Source: Acidimicrobiaceae bacterium (GTDB lineage Bacteria; Actinomycetota; Acidimicrobiia; Acidimicrobiales; RAAP-2). Taken from it: a DNA stretch of 64,000 nt. Location: positions 36,693-100,692 of the forward strand of contig PLKM01000010.1 of the NCBI GenBank assembly GCA_003141095.1, written 5' to 3'. The translations under genes and the position numbers were made by a program. Position 1 is the stretch's first letter. The number at the start of each line of letters is the position of its first letter. The notes beneath the pieces were generated by a model. The model had not been told where the DNA came from, did no database searches, and was given only the letters and a program-made list of their open reading frames with translations. Below, piece after piece: positions 1 to 10,143 of the stretch.

Positions 1-857
1 CGGTCCGCCAGCTCTCGAAAGAGCTTTGCCGCGATGCCGGGACGGTCGGGCACCCCACCGACGGTCACCTTCGCCTCGGACTTATCGTCGGTAACGGCCG
101 TTACGATGGCTTCTTCCATAGTGGGGTCCTCCTCCACAATCCAGGTGCCTGGCTCCCAGGTAAAACTTGATCGAACGTGCAGCGGCACCCCGTGGCGGCG
201 GGCGAACTCCACTGAACGAAGCATCAGGACCCGGCCGCCGGTGGCGGCCATCTCCATCATTTCATCGAAGGAGACCTTCGCCAGGCGCCGGGCTTTCGAA
301 ACGACACGAGGGTCCGCGGAGAACACGCCGGTGACGTCGGTGTAGATCTCACAGACGTCGGCGTGCAGCGCCGCCGCCAAGGCAACCGCCGTGACGTCCG
401 ATCCGCCACGACCGAGCGTGGTGATGTCCCGTTCAGTCGACACACCCTGAAATCCGGCGACGACGGGCACGAGCCCGTCGTCGAGGGCTTCACGGATGCG
501 GTCGGGGTGCATCTCTAGAATCTTTGCGCGGGTGTGGTCGGTGTTGGTGATGATGCCAGCCTGGGACCCCGTGAACGAGGCGGACTCTACGCCGCGCGCC
601 CCGAGCGCCATGGAGACGAGCGCCATGGAGATGCGCTCACCCGCGGTAAGCAGCATGTCAAGCTCGCGGGGGGCCCGCATTGGTGAGACTTCGTCGGCGA
701 GGCGAATCAGGTCGTCGGTGAACTTTCCCATCGCCGACACCACGACGACCACTTCGTTTCCAGCCTCACGGGTGCGCGCGACGTGGTCGGCAACTTCGCC
801 AATTCGCTCAGCGTCACCCACCGACGTCCCACCGAATTTTTGCACAATGAGCGCCAT
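1..857 (-). CDS. ask: Aspartate kinase (3' end runs off the window)
   Basis: Not in the ORF track. The minus strand from ATG at 857 reads [28 protein letters not shown], followed by [23 protein letters not shown] and [13 protein letters not shown]. Confidence 0.93.
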   Translation of the reverse strand, partial: MALIVQKFGGTSVGDAERIGEVADHVARTREAGNEVVVVVSAMGKFTDDLIRLADEVSPMRAPRELDMLLTAGERISMALVSMALGARGVESASFTGSQAGIITNTDHTRAKILEMHPDRIREALDDGLVPVVAGFQGVSTERDITTLGRGGSDVTAVALAAALHADVCEIYTDVTGVFSADPRVVSKARRLAKVSFDEMMEMAATGGRVLMLRSVEFARRHGVPLHVRSSFTWEPGTWIVEEDPTMEEAIVTAVTDDKSEAKVTVGGVPDRPGIAAKLFRELAD

Positions 858-917
858 GCCCCTAGAGATTAGTTGAGCGCAACAGGGCACTACTTTGCGC
901 CTACTAAAGTCGCACCC

Positions 918-1589
918 ATGGCTACTACCAAACGTGAACGTCAAAAAGCTGCTCGTCGTCAGAAACTTGAGCACATGCAGCGCCAGGCCAAGAAGCGCCA
1001 GAACATCCGGCGCGCCGTCATCGTCGGGATCGTCGCCATAGTGGTTGTCGCCTCGGCGGCCTACTTCTTCTCGGGTAGCTCGGGCACGACGACCACCACG
1101 TCGACCACGACAACGACATCCGCCGCGTCGACGTCGGGAAACACCACTACCACCACCGCCGTGGGCGTCATCAAGCCCGTCGCCGACCCGTCCCCGGCCG
1201 GAAAATTTGGCACGGCACCCACGGTCGTCGTCCCCACCACGCCCGCGCCCACCTCACTCGAGGTCAGCGACCTGATCAAGGGCAGTGGCCCCGCGGCGAA
1301 GGCTGGCGACACGCTGAAGGTTGAGTACGTGCTGGCTACCTACTCAACCCACAAGGTCATTCAATCGTCGTGGACGTCCTCAGCGTTTAGCTTCAAACTG
1401 GACGCGAATCCGGAACAGGTGATTACCGGCTGGGACGAAGGAATGGTCGGAATGCGCGTTGGCGGACGACGTGAATTGATCATTCCACCATCACTCGGTT
1501 ACGGCGACACGTCGCCAGGAACCGGCATTGCGAAGAACGACACCCTGGTCTTCGTTGTCGACCTGCTGAAAATCACGAGCACCTCGTAG
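918..1589 (+). CDS. Membrane-anchored FKBP-type peptidyl-prolyl isomerase
   Basis: Basic N-terminus, TM helix, Thr/Ser linker, then FKBP motifs ([38 protein letters not shown]). ATG 918 preferred over the track start at 873. Confidence 0.9.
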   Translation: MATTKRERQKAARRQKLEHMQRQAKKRQNIRRAVIVGIVAIVVVASAAYFFSGSSGTTTTTSTTTTTSAASTSGNTTTTTAVGVIKPVADPSPAGKFGTAPTVVVPTTPAPTSLEVSDLIKGSGPAAKAGDTLKVEYVLATYSTHKVIQSSWTSSAFSFKLDANPEQVITGWDEGMVGMRVGGRRELIIPPSLGYGDTSPGTGIAKNDTLVFVVDLLKITSTS

Positions 1590-1683
1590 TCGGCGATCTT
1601 GGCGGCTCATCGCTCTTCGCGAAGAGCGATGAGCGACGTGCCGTAGGATTACTGGCCGCAGCACAACTACGACCGAGGAAGCC

Positions 1684-2235
1684 ATGAGCGATCTGATCCC
1701 AAACCCCGACGGCACCAGCGAACAGCGCCAGCACTTTGATGCTGCGCCACCCATGATTATTGACACCACGAAGACCTACACCGCCACCATGGTGACGTCC
1801 AAGGGCACGCTCGAAATAGTTCTTGACGCTCTGGGCGCTCCCGTTACGGTGAACAGCTTCGTGTACCTGGCACGCTGGCACTACTACGACGGCATCGTTT
1901 TTCACCGCATCATTCCCGGTTTCGTCCTTCAAGGCGGCGACCCCACTGGGTCGGGCGCGGGTGGTCCGGGATATCGCTTCAATGACGAGCTCCCGAAGCC
2001 CGGTCGCTACGAGCTTGGTTCGCTCGCCATGGCGAACGCCGGACCCAACACCAACGGCTCCCAGTTCTTCGTCATCTCGGGCCCCGACGGCGTGCGTTTG
2101 CCGCCGCTGTACGCGCACTTCGGCAAGGTCGTCAAGGGTCTCGACGTCGTCAGCACCATCAACGACATCGGAACGTCATCGGGCAAGCCGCGCGAAGACG
2201 TGGTCATCGAATCGGTGACGATCACGGAGTCCTAA
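1684..2235 (+). CDS. Cyclophilin-type peptidyl-prolyl isomerase
   Basis: YYDGIVFHRIIPGFVLQGGDPTG and LAMANAGPNTNGSQFF motifs. Confidence 0.95.
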   Translation: MSDLIPNPDGTSEQRQHFDAAPPMIIDTTKTYTATMVTSKGTLEIVLDALGAPVTVNSFVYLARWHYYDGIVFHRIIPGFVLQGGDPTGSGAGGPGYRFNDELPKPGRYELGSLAMANAGPNTNGSQFFVISGPDGVRLPPLYAHFGKVVKGLDVVSTINDIGTSSGKPREDVVIESVTITES

Positions 2236-2858
2236 AGCGCCGCCGCGTCCTGACCACGGGTCACGACGACGTCATCGCCATCAATAACTCGCCACGCCTC
2301 CTTTGCGTAGTGCAGCACACCACGCGGTCCAACGACCACGAGCGAGGTGTCCTTCGCCACGAGTGACCTGGTGCGTGCGAGTTGATCATCGCTACTCGGC
2401 ACGCACAACGCCACCCCCCGACAAAGACCCATCCCGATGGTGGGCGCTCCCCCGCGAGGATCAATCATGACGTCACCGAGCACGGAAACCACCGAACCAA
2501 TGGCCACGAGATTGCTCGCTGAGCCAATGGCGTCGCCCACCGGCGTGTTGCGCCACACCGCGCGAGCGTGAAGGGCTGAACCGTCGCAGAGCACCACGAG
2601 ATCGGCTTCGACTATTCGCGCGGAAAAATACGCTTCTCCCGCTGAAGCACGATCGGTCACCATCAGGGACTCCACTCGCACGTCGAACTCGCTGCACACC
2701 TGGGCCACCGCCACAGACGCCTCAGCGGCGCCGGTGAAAGCGGCCGCCGTCGGCAGGATGACGACATCAACGTCTGGGCCCCGCGCGGCCAACGCGTGGT
2801 CGCCGAACACGGCCCGCAGACCCTCTCGCGAGCCAACGACGAAGAGCGAGCGATTCAC
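2232..2858 (-). CDS. Peptidase S51/cyanophycinase-like protein (class I GATase-like fold), probably degenerate
   Basis: VVILPTAAA, EADLVVLCDGS and MIDPRGGA..GLG segments resemble the family, but the nucleophile motif reads AIGSVVSVLG. Confidence 0.6.
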   Translation of the reverse strand: MNRSLFVVGSREGLRAVFGDHALAARGPDVDVVILPTAAAFTGAAEASVAVAQVCSEFDVRVESLMVTDRASAGEAYFSARIVEADLVVLCDGSALHARAVWRNTPVGDAIGSASNLVAIGSVVSVLGDVMIDPRGGAPTIGMGLCRGVALCVPSSDDQLARTRSLVAKDTSLVVVGPRGVLHYAKEAWRVIDGDDVVVTRGQDAAAL

Positions 2859-2911
2859 TCGTGAAGTATCGCACTTGGGCCGTATCTTTACCGACCAGTA
2901 ATGTTCGCAGG

Positions 2912-3766
2912 ATGACCTTTCAAAAAATTGGCGTTCTTGGTTCGGGAATTATGGGCAGCGGCATCGCTGAAGTGGCGGCCGCGGCCGGAGCGACGGTGAT
3001 AGTGCGCAGTCGTTCCCAGGCAACGGCTGACGCCATGTTGGCTGGACTCGAGAAATCACTCGCCAGGCAGGTCGAGAAGGAGAAGCGGACCCAGGAGGAC
3101 GCCGACGCTCTTCGCCAGCGGGTTTCGGCGACGACGAGCCTCGCCGACCTTCACGACTGCGATCTGGTCATCGAGTCAGTCGTGGAGGACCTCGCCGTAA
3201 AGAAGGCCCTGTTCAACGAGTTGGACCGCGCCGTTCACCACACCGCGATCCTCGCGACGAACACCTCGACGCTGTCAGTGATCGACCTCGCCATGGAGAC
3301 GTCACGCCCGGAGCGGGTCTGTGGCGTGCACTTCTTCAATCCCGCTCCAGCCATGTCCCTCGTCGAGATCGTTCGCCCCCTCTGCGCCAGTGACGAAACC
3401 ATCGACGCGGTGACGGCATTCGCCGAGACCTGCGGCAAGGAACCGGTCGTGGTGAAGGATCAGGCGGGATTCATCGTGAACGCCCTGCTCTTCCCGTACC
3501 TCAACAACGCCATACGCCTGCTCGATCAAAGTGTGGCGACCAAGGAGGGTATCGACACCGCGATGAGGGGGGGCTGTGGCTTCCCAATGGGACCGTTCGC
3601 ACTGCTCGACCTGGTCGGACTCGATACCTCACTCGCCATTCTCGACGCTCTCTACGCCGAGTTCGCGGACCCCAACTTCAACGCGGTGCCGCTGCTGCGC
3701 CGAATGGTGAGCGCCGGCCTGCTCGGGCGCAAGTCGGGCGCCGGCTTCTACGACTACCGTCGCTAA
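2912..3766 (+). CDS. hbd: 3-hydroxybutyryl-CoA dehydrogenase
   Basis: GVLGSGIMGSGIA, ILATNTSTL, GVHFFNPAP, GFPMGPFALLDLVGLD. Confidence 0.92.
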   Translation: MTFQKIGVLGSGIMGSGIAEVAAAAGATVIVRSRSQATADAMLAGLEKSLARQVEKEKRTQEDADALRQRVSATTSLADLHDCDLVIESVVEDLAVKKALFNELDRAVHHTAILATNTSTLSVIDLAMETSRPERVCGVHFFNPAPAMSLVEIVRPLCASDETIDAVTAFAETCGKEPVVVKDQAGFIVNALLFPYLNNAIRLLDQSVATKEGIDTAMRGGCGFPMGPFALLDLVGLDTSLAILDALYAEFADPNFNAVPLLRRMVSAGLLGRKSGAGFYDYRR

Positions 3767-3787
3767 GTAGATCCATGAAGGGAAGCC

Positions 3788-5755
3788 ATGGCTGATCGCA
3801 CCAAGCCCTGGGTGATGAGGACCTACTCGGGTCACTCCACCGCCGTGAAGTCCAATGAGTTGTACCGAAGCAATCTGGCCAAGGGCCAGACCGGTCTGTC
3901 CATCGCCTTCGACCTGCCCACCCAGACCGGCTACGACCCGGACTCCGCCGACGCGGCGGGCGAAGTGGGCAAAGTGGGAGTTCCGGTCGCTCATTTGGGC
4001 CACATGCGTCAGCTCCTCGATGGGATCCCGCTGGATGAGATGAACACGTCGATGACCATCAACGCGACCGCGGCATGGCTGTGGGGTCTCTACTTGGCGC
4101 TCGCCGAAGAACAGGGCGTCGACTTCCGTCAGCTCCAGGGCACCACCCAAAACGACATCGTGAAGGAGTACCTCAGCCGCGGCACCTACATCTACGCGCC
4201 CGAGCCCTCCAAGCGCCTCATCGTCGACATGATCGCCTACAGCATCAACCACGTTCCCAAGTGGAACCCCATCAACGTCTGCAGTTACCACCTCCAAGAG
4301 GCCGGCGCGACACCGGTGCAAGAGATTGCCTACGCCCTGGCGACCGCCATCGACGTGCTCGACGCCGTGCGCGACTCGGGCAAGATCGAGATCAGCCAGA
4401 TGCCCCACGTGGTGGGACGAATCTCATTTTTTGTGAACGGGGGGGTTCGCTTCATCGAAGAGATCGCCAAGATGCGCACCTTCACCGCCATGTGGGACGA
4501 GATCTGTCGCACCCGCTACAGCGTGGATGACCCGTCGCTACGGCGTTTCCGATACGGCGTGCAGGTGAATTCGCTCGGCCTCACCGAACAGCAGCCCGAG
4601 AACAACGTCCAGCGCATCGTGCTCGAGATGCTCGGCGTCTCGCTCTCCGCCGACGCCAGGGCCAGGGCCATCCAGCTGCCGGCGTGGAATGAAGCCCTCG
4701 GGCTGCCCCGCCCCTGGGATCAGCAGTGGAGCCTTCGCATGCAGCAGGTTCTCGCCTTCGAGAGCGACCTCTTGGAGTACCCCGACATTTTCGCGGGCTC
4801 ACAGGTCATGGATGCGAAAGTTCACGAACTCACCGTGGCCGCCCAGAGCGAGCTCGATGAGGTGCTGGGCCTCGGCGGAGCGTTCGCCGCCATCGAGGAG
4901 TTGAAGAGCCGTCTGGTCGCGAGCCAGGCGCAGCGCGTCGCCCGCATCGAGTCGGGCGAGCAGATCGTCGTCGGTGTCAATCGATTCACCGAGACCGCCG
5001 AGTCGCCCCTCACGAGCGGGACATCGCTCGAGGCGATCATGACCGTTGATCCGGCCGTCGAGCGCGAGTTGATCGAGGACGTGCAGGCGTGGCGCAAAGA
5101 ACGCGACGATAACGCCGTGCAGGCTGCCCTGAACGAACTCATTCGCGTAGCGAAGAGCGCCGAGTTGGGCGACAACATCATGGTGCCCACCATCGCCCTC
5201 GCGAAGGCCGGCGGCACGACCGGTGAATGGGCCGGCGCCCTACGAGAGGTTTTCGGCGAGTACCGCGCGCCCACCGGCGTCAGAGGCGGCGTCCACAGTC
5301 GCGGCCAGGCGTTCGCCTCACTCGTCGAACGATCAAAAGCCGTGCGAGCTTCGCGCGGCACGCCGCCCAAGCTGCTCGTCGCCAAACCCGGCCTCGACGG
5401 CCACTCGAACGGGGCCGAGCAGATCGCCGTTGCCGCACGCGACGCCGGTTTCGAGGTCGTCTATCAGGGCATCCGGCTCTCTCCCGAGGAGATCGTCGCC
5501 GCGGCCCGAGACGAGGACGTCGACATTGTCGGCATCTCGATTCTTTCGGGCTCCCACCTCGCGCTCGTGCCGCGGGTCGTCGAGGGACTGCGCGCCGCCG
5601 GGGTCGAAGCCAAGGTTGTTGTCGGCGGAATCGTCCCTGATGAAGATGGCGAAATGCTTCGACGCTTAGGGGTAGCGGCTATTTACACGCCGAAGGATTT
5701 TTCGCTCAGCGCGATCATGGACGATCTTCTGGGTTTCGTCGAAACCGTCAAATAG
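3788..5755 (+). CDS. ecm: Ethylmalonyl-CoA mutase (MeaA/Ecm, B12-dependent)
   Basis: PWVMRTYSGHS, GLSIAFDLPTQTGYDPD and the C-terminal B12-binding KPGLDGHSNG; located next to ccr. Confidence 0.9.
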   Translation: MADRTKPWVMRTYSGHSTAVKSNELYRSNLAKGQTGLSIAFDLPTQTGYDPDSADAAGEVGKVGVPVAHLGHMRQLLDGIPLDEMNTSMTINATAAWLWGLYLALAEEQGVDFRQLQGTTQNDIVKEYLSRGTYIYAPEPSKRLIVDMIAYSINHVPKWNPINVCSYHLQEAGATPVQEIAYALATAIDVLDAVRDSGKIEISQMPHVVGRISFFVNGGVRFIEEIAKMRTFTAMWDEICRTRYSVDDPSLRRFRYGVQVNSLGLTEQQPENNVQRIVLEMLGVSLSADARARAIQLPAWNEALGLPRPWDQQWSLRMQQVLAFESDLLEYPDIFAGSQVMDAKVHELTVAAQSELDEVLGLGGAFAAIEELKSRLVASQAQRVARIESGEQIVVGVNRFTETAESPLTSGTSLEAIMTVDPAVERELIEDVQAWRKERDDNAVQAALNELIRVAKSAELGDNIMVPTIALAKAGGTTGEWAGALREVFGEYRAPTGVRGGVHSRGQAFASLVERSKAVRASRGTPPKLLVAKPGLDGHSNGAEQIAVAARDAGFEVVYQGIRLSPEEIVAAARDEDVDIVGISILSGSHLALVPRVVEGLRAAGVEAKVVVGGIVPDEDGEMLRRLGVAAIYTPKDFSLSAIMDDLLGFVETVK

Positions 5756-5936
5756 GGCGGTGCGGACGCCGCAGGGCGTACGGCCCAGCGTTGAACCATC
5801 GTCCTGAGAATCGCCAACTCGGAACGCTGTCGACGCTGATCGTGGCTGGAACCGTGAGTACCTCTTGCATGGCGGCGACCAGCGCAGCCAACTCGTCATC
5901 GGGTAACTGAGGGCGAGACGCCAGGCCGTAGCTCAC
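5748..5936 (-). CDS. Small acyl-CoA carboxylase epsilon-subunit-like protein
   Basis: 62 aa with DDELAALVAA and a WRFSGR motif; 4-bp overlap downstream of the carboxyltransferase. Confidence 0.65.
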   Translation of the reverse strand: MSYGLASRPQLPDDELAALVAAMQEVLTVPATISVDSVPSWRFSGRWFNAGPYALRRPHRPI

Positions 5937-7489
5937 AGCGGAACGTTCCCGTGCTTGCGCTTGGGCAACTCTTCGCGCTTGCCACGAAGGAGGTCCAACG
6001 ATCGGCTCAAGATTCGACGCGTTTCGGCGGGGTCGATGACGTCATCGATGAAACCCCGCTCGGCGGCGATGTAGGGATTGGCGTAGCGCTCCTCGTAGTC
6101 CTCGGTCAGCTGCTTGCGCGTGGTGTCGGGGTCGTCGGAACTCATCAGGTCGCGGCGGTAGACAATCTCGACGGCGCCCGACGAGCCCATCACCGCGAGT
6201 TCCGCGGTGGGCCACGCGTACGCCAGATCCGCTCCGATTGACTTGGAGTTCATGACCACGTAGGCGCCGCCGTAGGCCTTGCGAGTGATGATGCAGATGC
6301 GCGGGACGGTGGCCTCACAAAACGCGTAGAGCAGCTTGGCGCCGTGGCGGATGATGCCGCCGTACTCTTGGTCCACGCCCGGCATGAAGCCGGGCACATC
6401 GACGAACGTGACGATCGGAACGTTGAAGGCGTCACACGTACGAACGAAACGGGCCGCCTTCTCGCTCGAGTCAATATCCAGGACGCCGGCGAGAACCTGG
6501 GGCTGGTTCGACACGAGACCAATGGTGTGCCCATCAACGCGGGCGAAGCCGCACGTGATCTGTTGGGCGTACGTGGCGTGCACTTCCATGTAGTCGCCAC
6601 CGTCAACCACCGAGGCGATGACCTTCTTCATGTCGTAGGGCTGGTTGGGCGAAGCCGGCAAGAGATCACGCAGGTCCTCACAGAGCCGGTCCGCATCGTC
6701 ACCGATCAAGATCCGCGGCGCCTCTTCCATGTTGTTCGAAGGCAGGAAGGAGAGCAGGTAGCGGACCTCGTCGAGGGCGCTCTTTTCGTCGGGCAGCACG
6801 AAGTGCGCGACCCCGGACTTGGTCGCGTGGGTCAATGCGCCGCCCAGTTCCTCCAAGGTCACGTCCTCACCGGTGACGGTCTTGACGACGTCGGGGCCGG
6901 TGATGAACATGTGGCTGGAGTCCTTCACCATGAAGATGAAGTCCGTCAGTGCGGGTGAGTACACCGCGCCACCGGCGCACGGCCCGAGAATGACCGAAAT
7001 CTGGGGTACCACGCCCGAGGCCTTGGCGTTGCGATGAAAGATCCCGCCGTACGCGTTGAGTCCGGCCACCCCTTCTTGGATTCGGGCGCCCGCCCCGTCG
7101 TTGAGGCCAATGATCGGCAGGCCCATGGTCATGGCGAGGTCCATGATCTTGTGGATCTTCTCACCATGAGTTTCGCCGAGGGCTCCGCCGAAGACGGTGA
7201 AGTCCTGGGAGTAGACGCAGACCTTGCGGCCGTCGATCTTCCCGTATCCGGTGATGACGCCGTCGGTGTAGGGACGCGACTCTTCGAGGCCCATGCCCGA
7301 AGCGACGTGCCGATTCAACATGTCGAGTTCCTGGAACGAGTCCTCATCGAGCAGGTACTCGATGCGCTCACGCGCAGTGAGCCGACCTTTGGCGTGGTGG
7401 CGTTCGATTGCGACTTCGCCACCCGCCATGCGGGCCTCTGCCTTGCGAGCTTCCAACTCGGCCAAACGTTCCACCATTGAATGTTCCAT
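5933..7489 (-). CDS. pccB: Acyl-CoA (propionyl-CoA) carboxylase beta subunit
   Basis: GKIDGRKVCVYSQDFTVFGG, GPCAGGAVYSPALTD, VDVPGFMPG, KRKHGNVPL. Start 7489 or 7498. Confidence 0.93.
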   Translation of the reverse strand: MEHSMVERLAELEARKAEARMAGGEVAIERHHAKGRLTARERIEYLLDEDSFQELDMLNRHVASGMGLEESRPYTDGVITGYGKIDGRKVCVYSQDFTVFGGALGETHGEKIHKIMDLAMTMGLPIIGLNDGAGARIQEGVAGLNAYGGIFHRNAKASGVVPQISVILGPCAGGAVYSPALTDFIFMVKDSSHMFITGPDVVKTVTGEDVTLEELGGALTHATKSGVAHFVLPDEKSALDEVRYLLSFLPSNNMEEAPRILIGDDADRLCEDLRDLLPASPNQPYDMKKVIASVVDGGDYMEVHATYAQQITCGFARVDGHTIGLVSNQPQVLAGVLDIDSSEKAARFVRTCDAFNVPIVTFVDVPGFMPGVDQEYGGIIRHGAKLLYAFCEATVPRICIITRKAYGGAYVVMNSKSIGADLAYAWPTAELAVMGSSGAVEIVYRRDLMSSDDPDTTRKQLTEDYEERYANPYIAAERGFIDDVIDPAETRRILSRSLDLLRGKREELPKRKHGNVPL

Positions 7490-7617
7490 GAGTGACAAGG
7501 CTACCCAGATGCGTTCTCACGTGCTAAACACGAAGCACGCTCAGTCTCAGAGCGAAAAATCAGGTGACGCTTCGAGCCTCCGCCCGTACGTGGGTCACGC
7601 CAAGAACCGCAGGGACT

Positions 7618-8040
7618 TCACGCTCGGCTGGGGTCTTCGACCAGTTCGATCAACGTGCCGAAGGAAGTCTTGGGGTGCACGAAGGCCACGATCGTTCCGC
7701 GCGAACCCGGGCGTGGCGCGTCGTCGATGACTCGACCCCCCGCCGCCTTCACGGCGTCGAGGGCCGCTGCACAGTTCGCGACTCGATACCCGACGTGGTG
7801 CAGACCCTCACCCTTCTTCTCGAGGTACTTCGCCACCGGCGAATCCGCTCGAGTCGGCGTGAGCAGCTGAATGTACGAATCCGCGACCCTCAGCAACGCC
7901 TCGGCGACCCCATCGGACTCAACACTCTCGCGATGCTCGACCGTGGCACCAAAAACCTCTTCGTACCAGGCAATAGCGGCGTCCAGGTCATTGACCGCAA
8001 TGGCCACGTGATCGATTTCGGTGAGTAGAGACTCCATCAC
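7618..8040 (-). CDS. mce: Methylmalonyl/ethylmalonyl-CoA epimerase
   Basis: IDHVAIAV, GEGLHHVGYRV, FVHPK..GTLIELVE. Confidence 0.93.
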   Translation of the reverse strand: MMESLLTEIDHVAIAVNDLDAAIAWYEEVFGATVEHRESVESDGVAEALLRVADSYIQLLTPTRADSPVAKYLEKKGEGLHHVGYRVANCAAALDAVKAAGGRVIDDAPRPGSRGTIVAFVHPKTSFGTLIELVEDPSRA

Positions 8041-9383
8041 TGCTCCTGATCGTGTCGGCGAAAAATGCTCAGACGGTCTTCACCGACACGTGCGCGCAGT
8101 TCCGGATTCGTAATGCCCAAACCCTCCCTTTCGGCCACGCACAACACGCCGATTTTTCCCTCGTGGCGATTCTGATGCACTTCGTAGGCGGCTTCGCCGA
8201 CCTCGTCGAGGGGGAAAACCGCCGAAAGGGGTGGCACGACTTTGCCGTCGATGATGGTCTGGTTCGCCGACCACGCCTCTCGATAGTTCGAGAAGTGCGA
8301 GCCCTTGATGGTCTTGAGCTTCATCCAAAGGTGCCGGTTATCGTATTCGATCATGTACCCGCTGGTCGCGGCGCACGTCACAATCGTGCCGCCCCGCTTG
8401 GCGACGAAGACGCTGGCCCCCATGGTCGAACGCCCCGGGTGCTCGAAGACAATCTCGGGATCATCGCCCACGAGCGCGCGGATGTCCTTGCCCAACCGGC
8501 GCCATTCGGACTCATCCTGGGTGTGGGGATCCTTCCAGAACTGATAGTTCTTCTCCTGGCGGTTGATCACGTACTCGCAGCCCAGCTCTCGAAGGGTGTC
8601 CGCCTTCGGTTCGCTCGACACCACGCCAATGGGGGTGCCCCCCGAGTTGAGGACGTGTTGCACAGCGAACGATCCAATACCCCCCGACGCGCCCCAGATC
8701 AGTACCTTGTCGCCCTGCGTGACGGGCGCCCCGTGTCGCGACACCAGCATTCGATACGCGGTCGAGTTGCAAAGGGCGTTGATCGCCGCTTCTTCCCACG
8801 TGAGGTGCGTTGGTTTGGGCATGAGCTGATTGGCCTTCACGACAGCAACATCGGCGAGGCCCCCGAAGTTCGTCTCGAAGCCCCAGATGCGCTGATTGCT
8901 CGAAAGCATGGAGTCGTCGTGGCCGCTCGGATCTTGGTCGTCAACGTAGTTGCAGTGAACGGCGACTTCGTCGCCGACCTTCCAGTTGCGTACCGCCGAC
9001 CCCGCGCGCAGGATCACGCCCGCGGCATCCGAACCTACGACGTGGTAGTCGAGGGCGTGGCGTCGGCCCCAGAACGACTCCTTGGCGAGGCGATCCAGGA
9101 ATCCGAAGGTGGACAGGGGCTCGAAAATACTCGTCCAGACGGTGTTGAAATTGATCGACGACGCCATGACCGCGACGAACACCTCGTCGGGGGCCAGTTC
9201 GGGCAGTGGCACTTCATCGACGTGGAGGCTCCGGCGAGGGTCCTTGTCCTTGCTCGCCATTCCGTCGAACATGTTCTGCTCATCGCGTCGAACAAACACT
9301 GCGCGGGTGGCGGCGGGCATTGGGATCTCGGCCAGGGTCTCCCCCGTGGCCCCGGCACGAACTGCGTCAAGTATCTCGCTCAT
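8037..9383 (-). CDS. ccr: Crotonyl-CoA carboxylase/reductase
   Basis: VMASSINFNTVW, HVVGSDAAGV, IWGFETNFGG, GSHFSN. ATG 9383 (MSEILDAV) preferred over the track start. Confidence 0.93.
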   Translation of the reverse strand: MSEILDAVRAGATGETLAEIPMPAATRAVFVRRDEQNMFDGMASKDKDPRRSLHVDEVPLPELAPDEVFVAVMASSINFNTVWTSIFEPLSTFGFLDRLAKESFWGRRHALDYHVVGSDAAGVILRAGSAVRNWKVGDEVAVHCNYVDDQDPSGHDDSMLSSNQRIWGFETNFGGLADVAVVKANQLMPKPTHLTWEEAAINALCNSTAYRMLVSRHGAPVTQGDKVLIWGASGGIGSFAVQHVLNSGGTPIGVVSSEPKADTLRELGCEYVINRQEKNYQFWKDPHTQDESEWRRLGKDIRALVGDDPEIVFEHPGRSTMGASVFVAKRGGTIVTCAATSGYMIEYDNRHLWMKLKTIKGSHFSNYREAWSANQTIIDGKVVPPLSAVFPLDEVGEAAYEVHQNRHEGKIGVLCVAEREGLGITNPELRARVGEDRLSIFRRHDQEQ

Positions 9384-9462
9384 CCCGGCGAGGCTAGTTC
9401 GCGCCGCCGCCAATTGGAAGAAGGTCTGCGGATCCGACGTGTCCTTTCCGTAAACTTCGTCG

Positions 9463-10095
9463 ATGTCCCTACTGCACGTCGTGCCGGCATTTGCGATCAC
9501 CGCCCTCGTCCTCGCGATGGTTCCGGGCCAGGGCGTGGCGATGGTGCTTCGCCAGACCATTGTCGGGGGCGCGAGTTGCGCCTACAGGTCGGTAGCGGGG
9601 AACTCGCTGGGACTCATCATCTGGGGCGGCGCCTCGGCGATTGGCCTCAGCCAGGTGTTCGCACACTCCTTACTGGCCTTCAACATTCTCAAGTACGCGG
9701 GCGCCGCCTACCTGAGCTTTCTCGCGGTCCAGACCCTGTTCGAACTTCGCCACGACCACGAAAAGTTCGACCACCGCGGCCGGGCGCACGCGGGACCCTT
9801 GTCGGCCTTTCGCTTGGGTCTCTTCACCAATCTCACGAACGTCAAGGCTGCGGTCTTTGCCGTGGCCTTCATCCCCCAATTCGTCCCTAGAACATTCCCG
9901 CTCCTCACCGGAATCCTGATCTTGGCCGCCGTGCAGGCGGCGGTCTCGACTGGCTGGTACTTCGTTCTCGTCGCCACCATCGACCGGGCGGCGGTCATTT
10001 TGGCCAGGCCCCAGGTGCGACGGTGGCTGACTGGATTTTCTGCCGTGGGCCTTCTCGCCCTGGCGGTCATTCTGCTTTTCACCGCCCCTCGATAG
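9463..10095 (+). CDS. LysE/RhtB family translocator
   Basis: AMVPGQGVAMV, LKYAGAAYL, FRLGLFTNLTNVKAAVF. Confidence 0.9.
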   Translation: MSLLHVVPAFAITALVLAMVPGQGVAMVLRQTIVGGASCAYRSVAGNSLGLIIWGGASAIGLSQVFAHSLLAFNILKYAGAAYLSFLAVQTLFELRHDHEKFDHRGRAHAGPLSAFRLGLFTNLTNVKAAVFAVAFIPQFVPRTFPLLTGILILAAVQAAVSTGWYFVLVATIDRAAVILARPQVRRWLTGFSAVGLLALAVILLFTAPR

Positions 10096-10143
10096 TCGTC
10101 TAACGTTTCAAGAAGTTCCGAGTTGGAGCACAGAGGAGTCACC

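Noticed and set aside
1081-1160. ACC/ACG-rich tract resembling a tandem repeat.
   Set aside because: It encodes the Thr/Ser linker of the FKBP protein.
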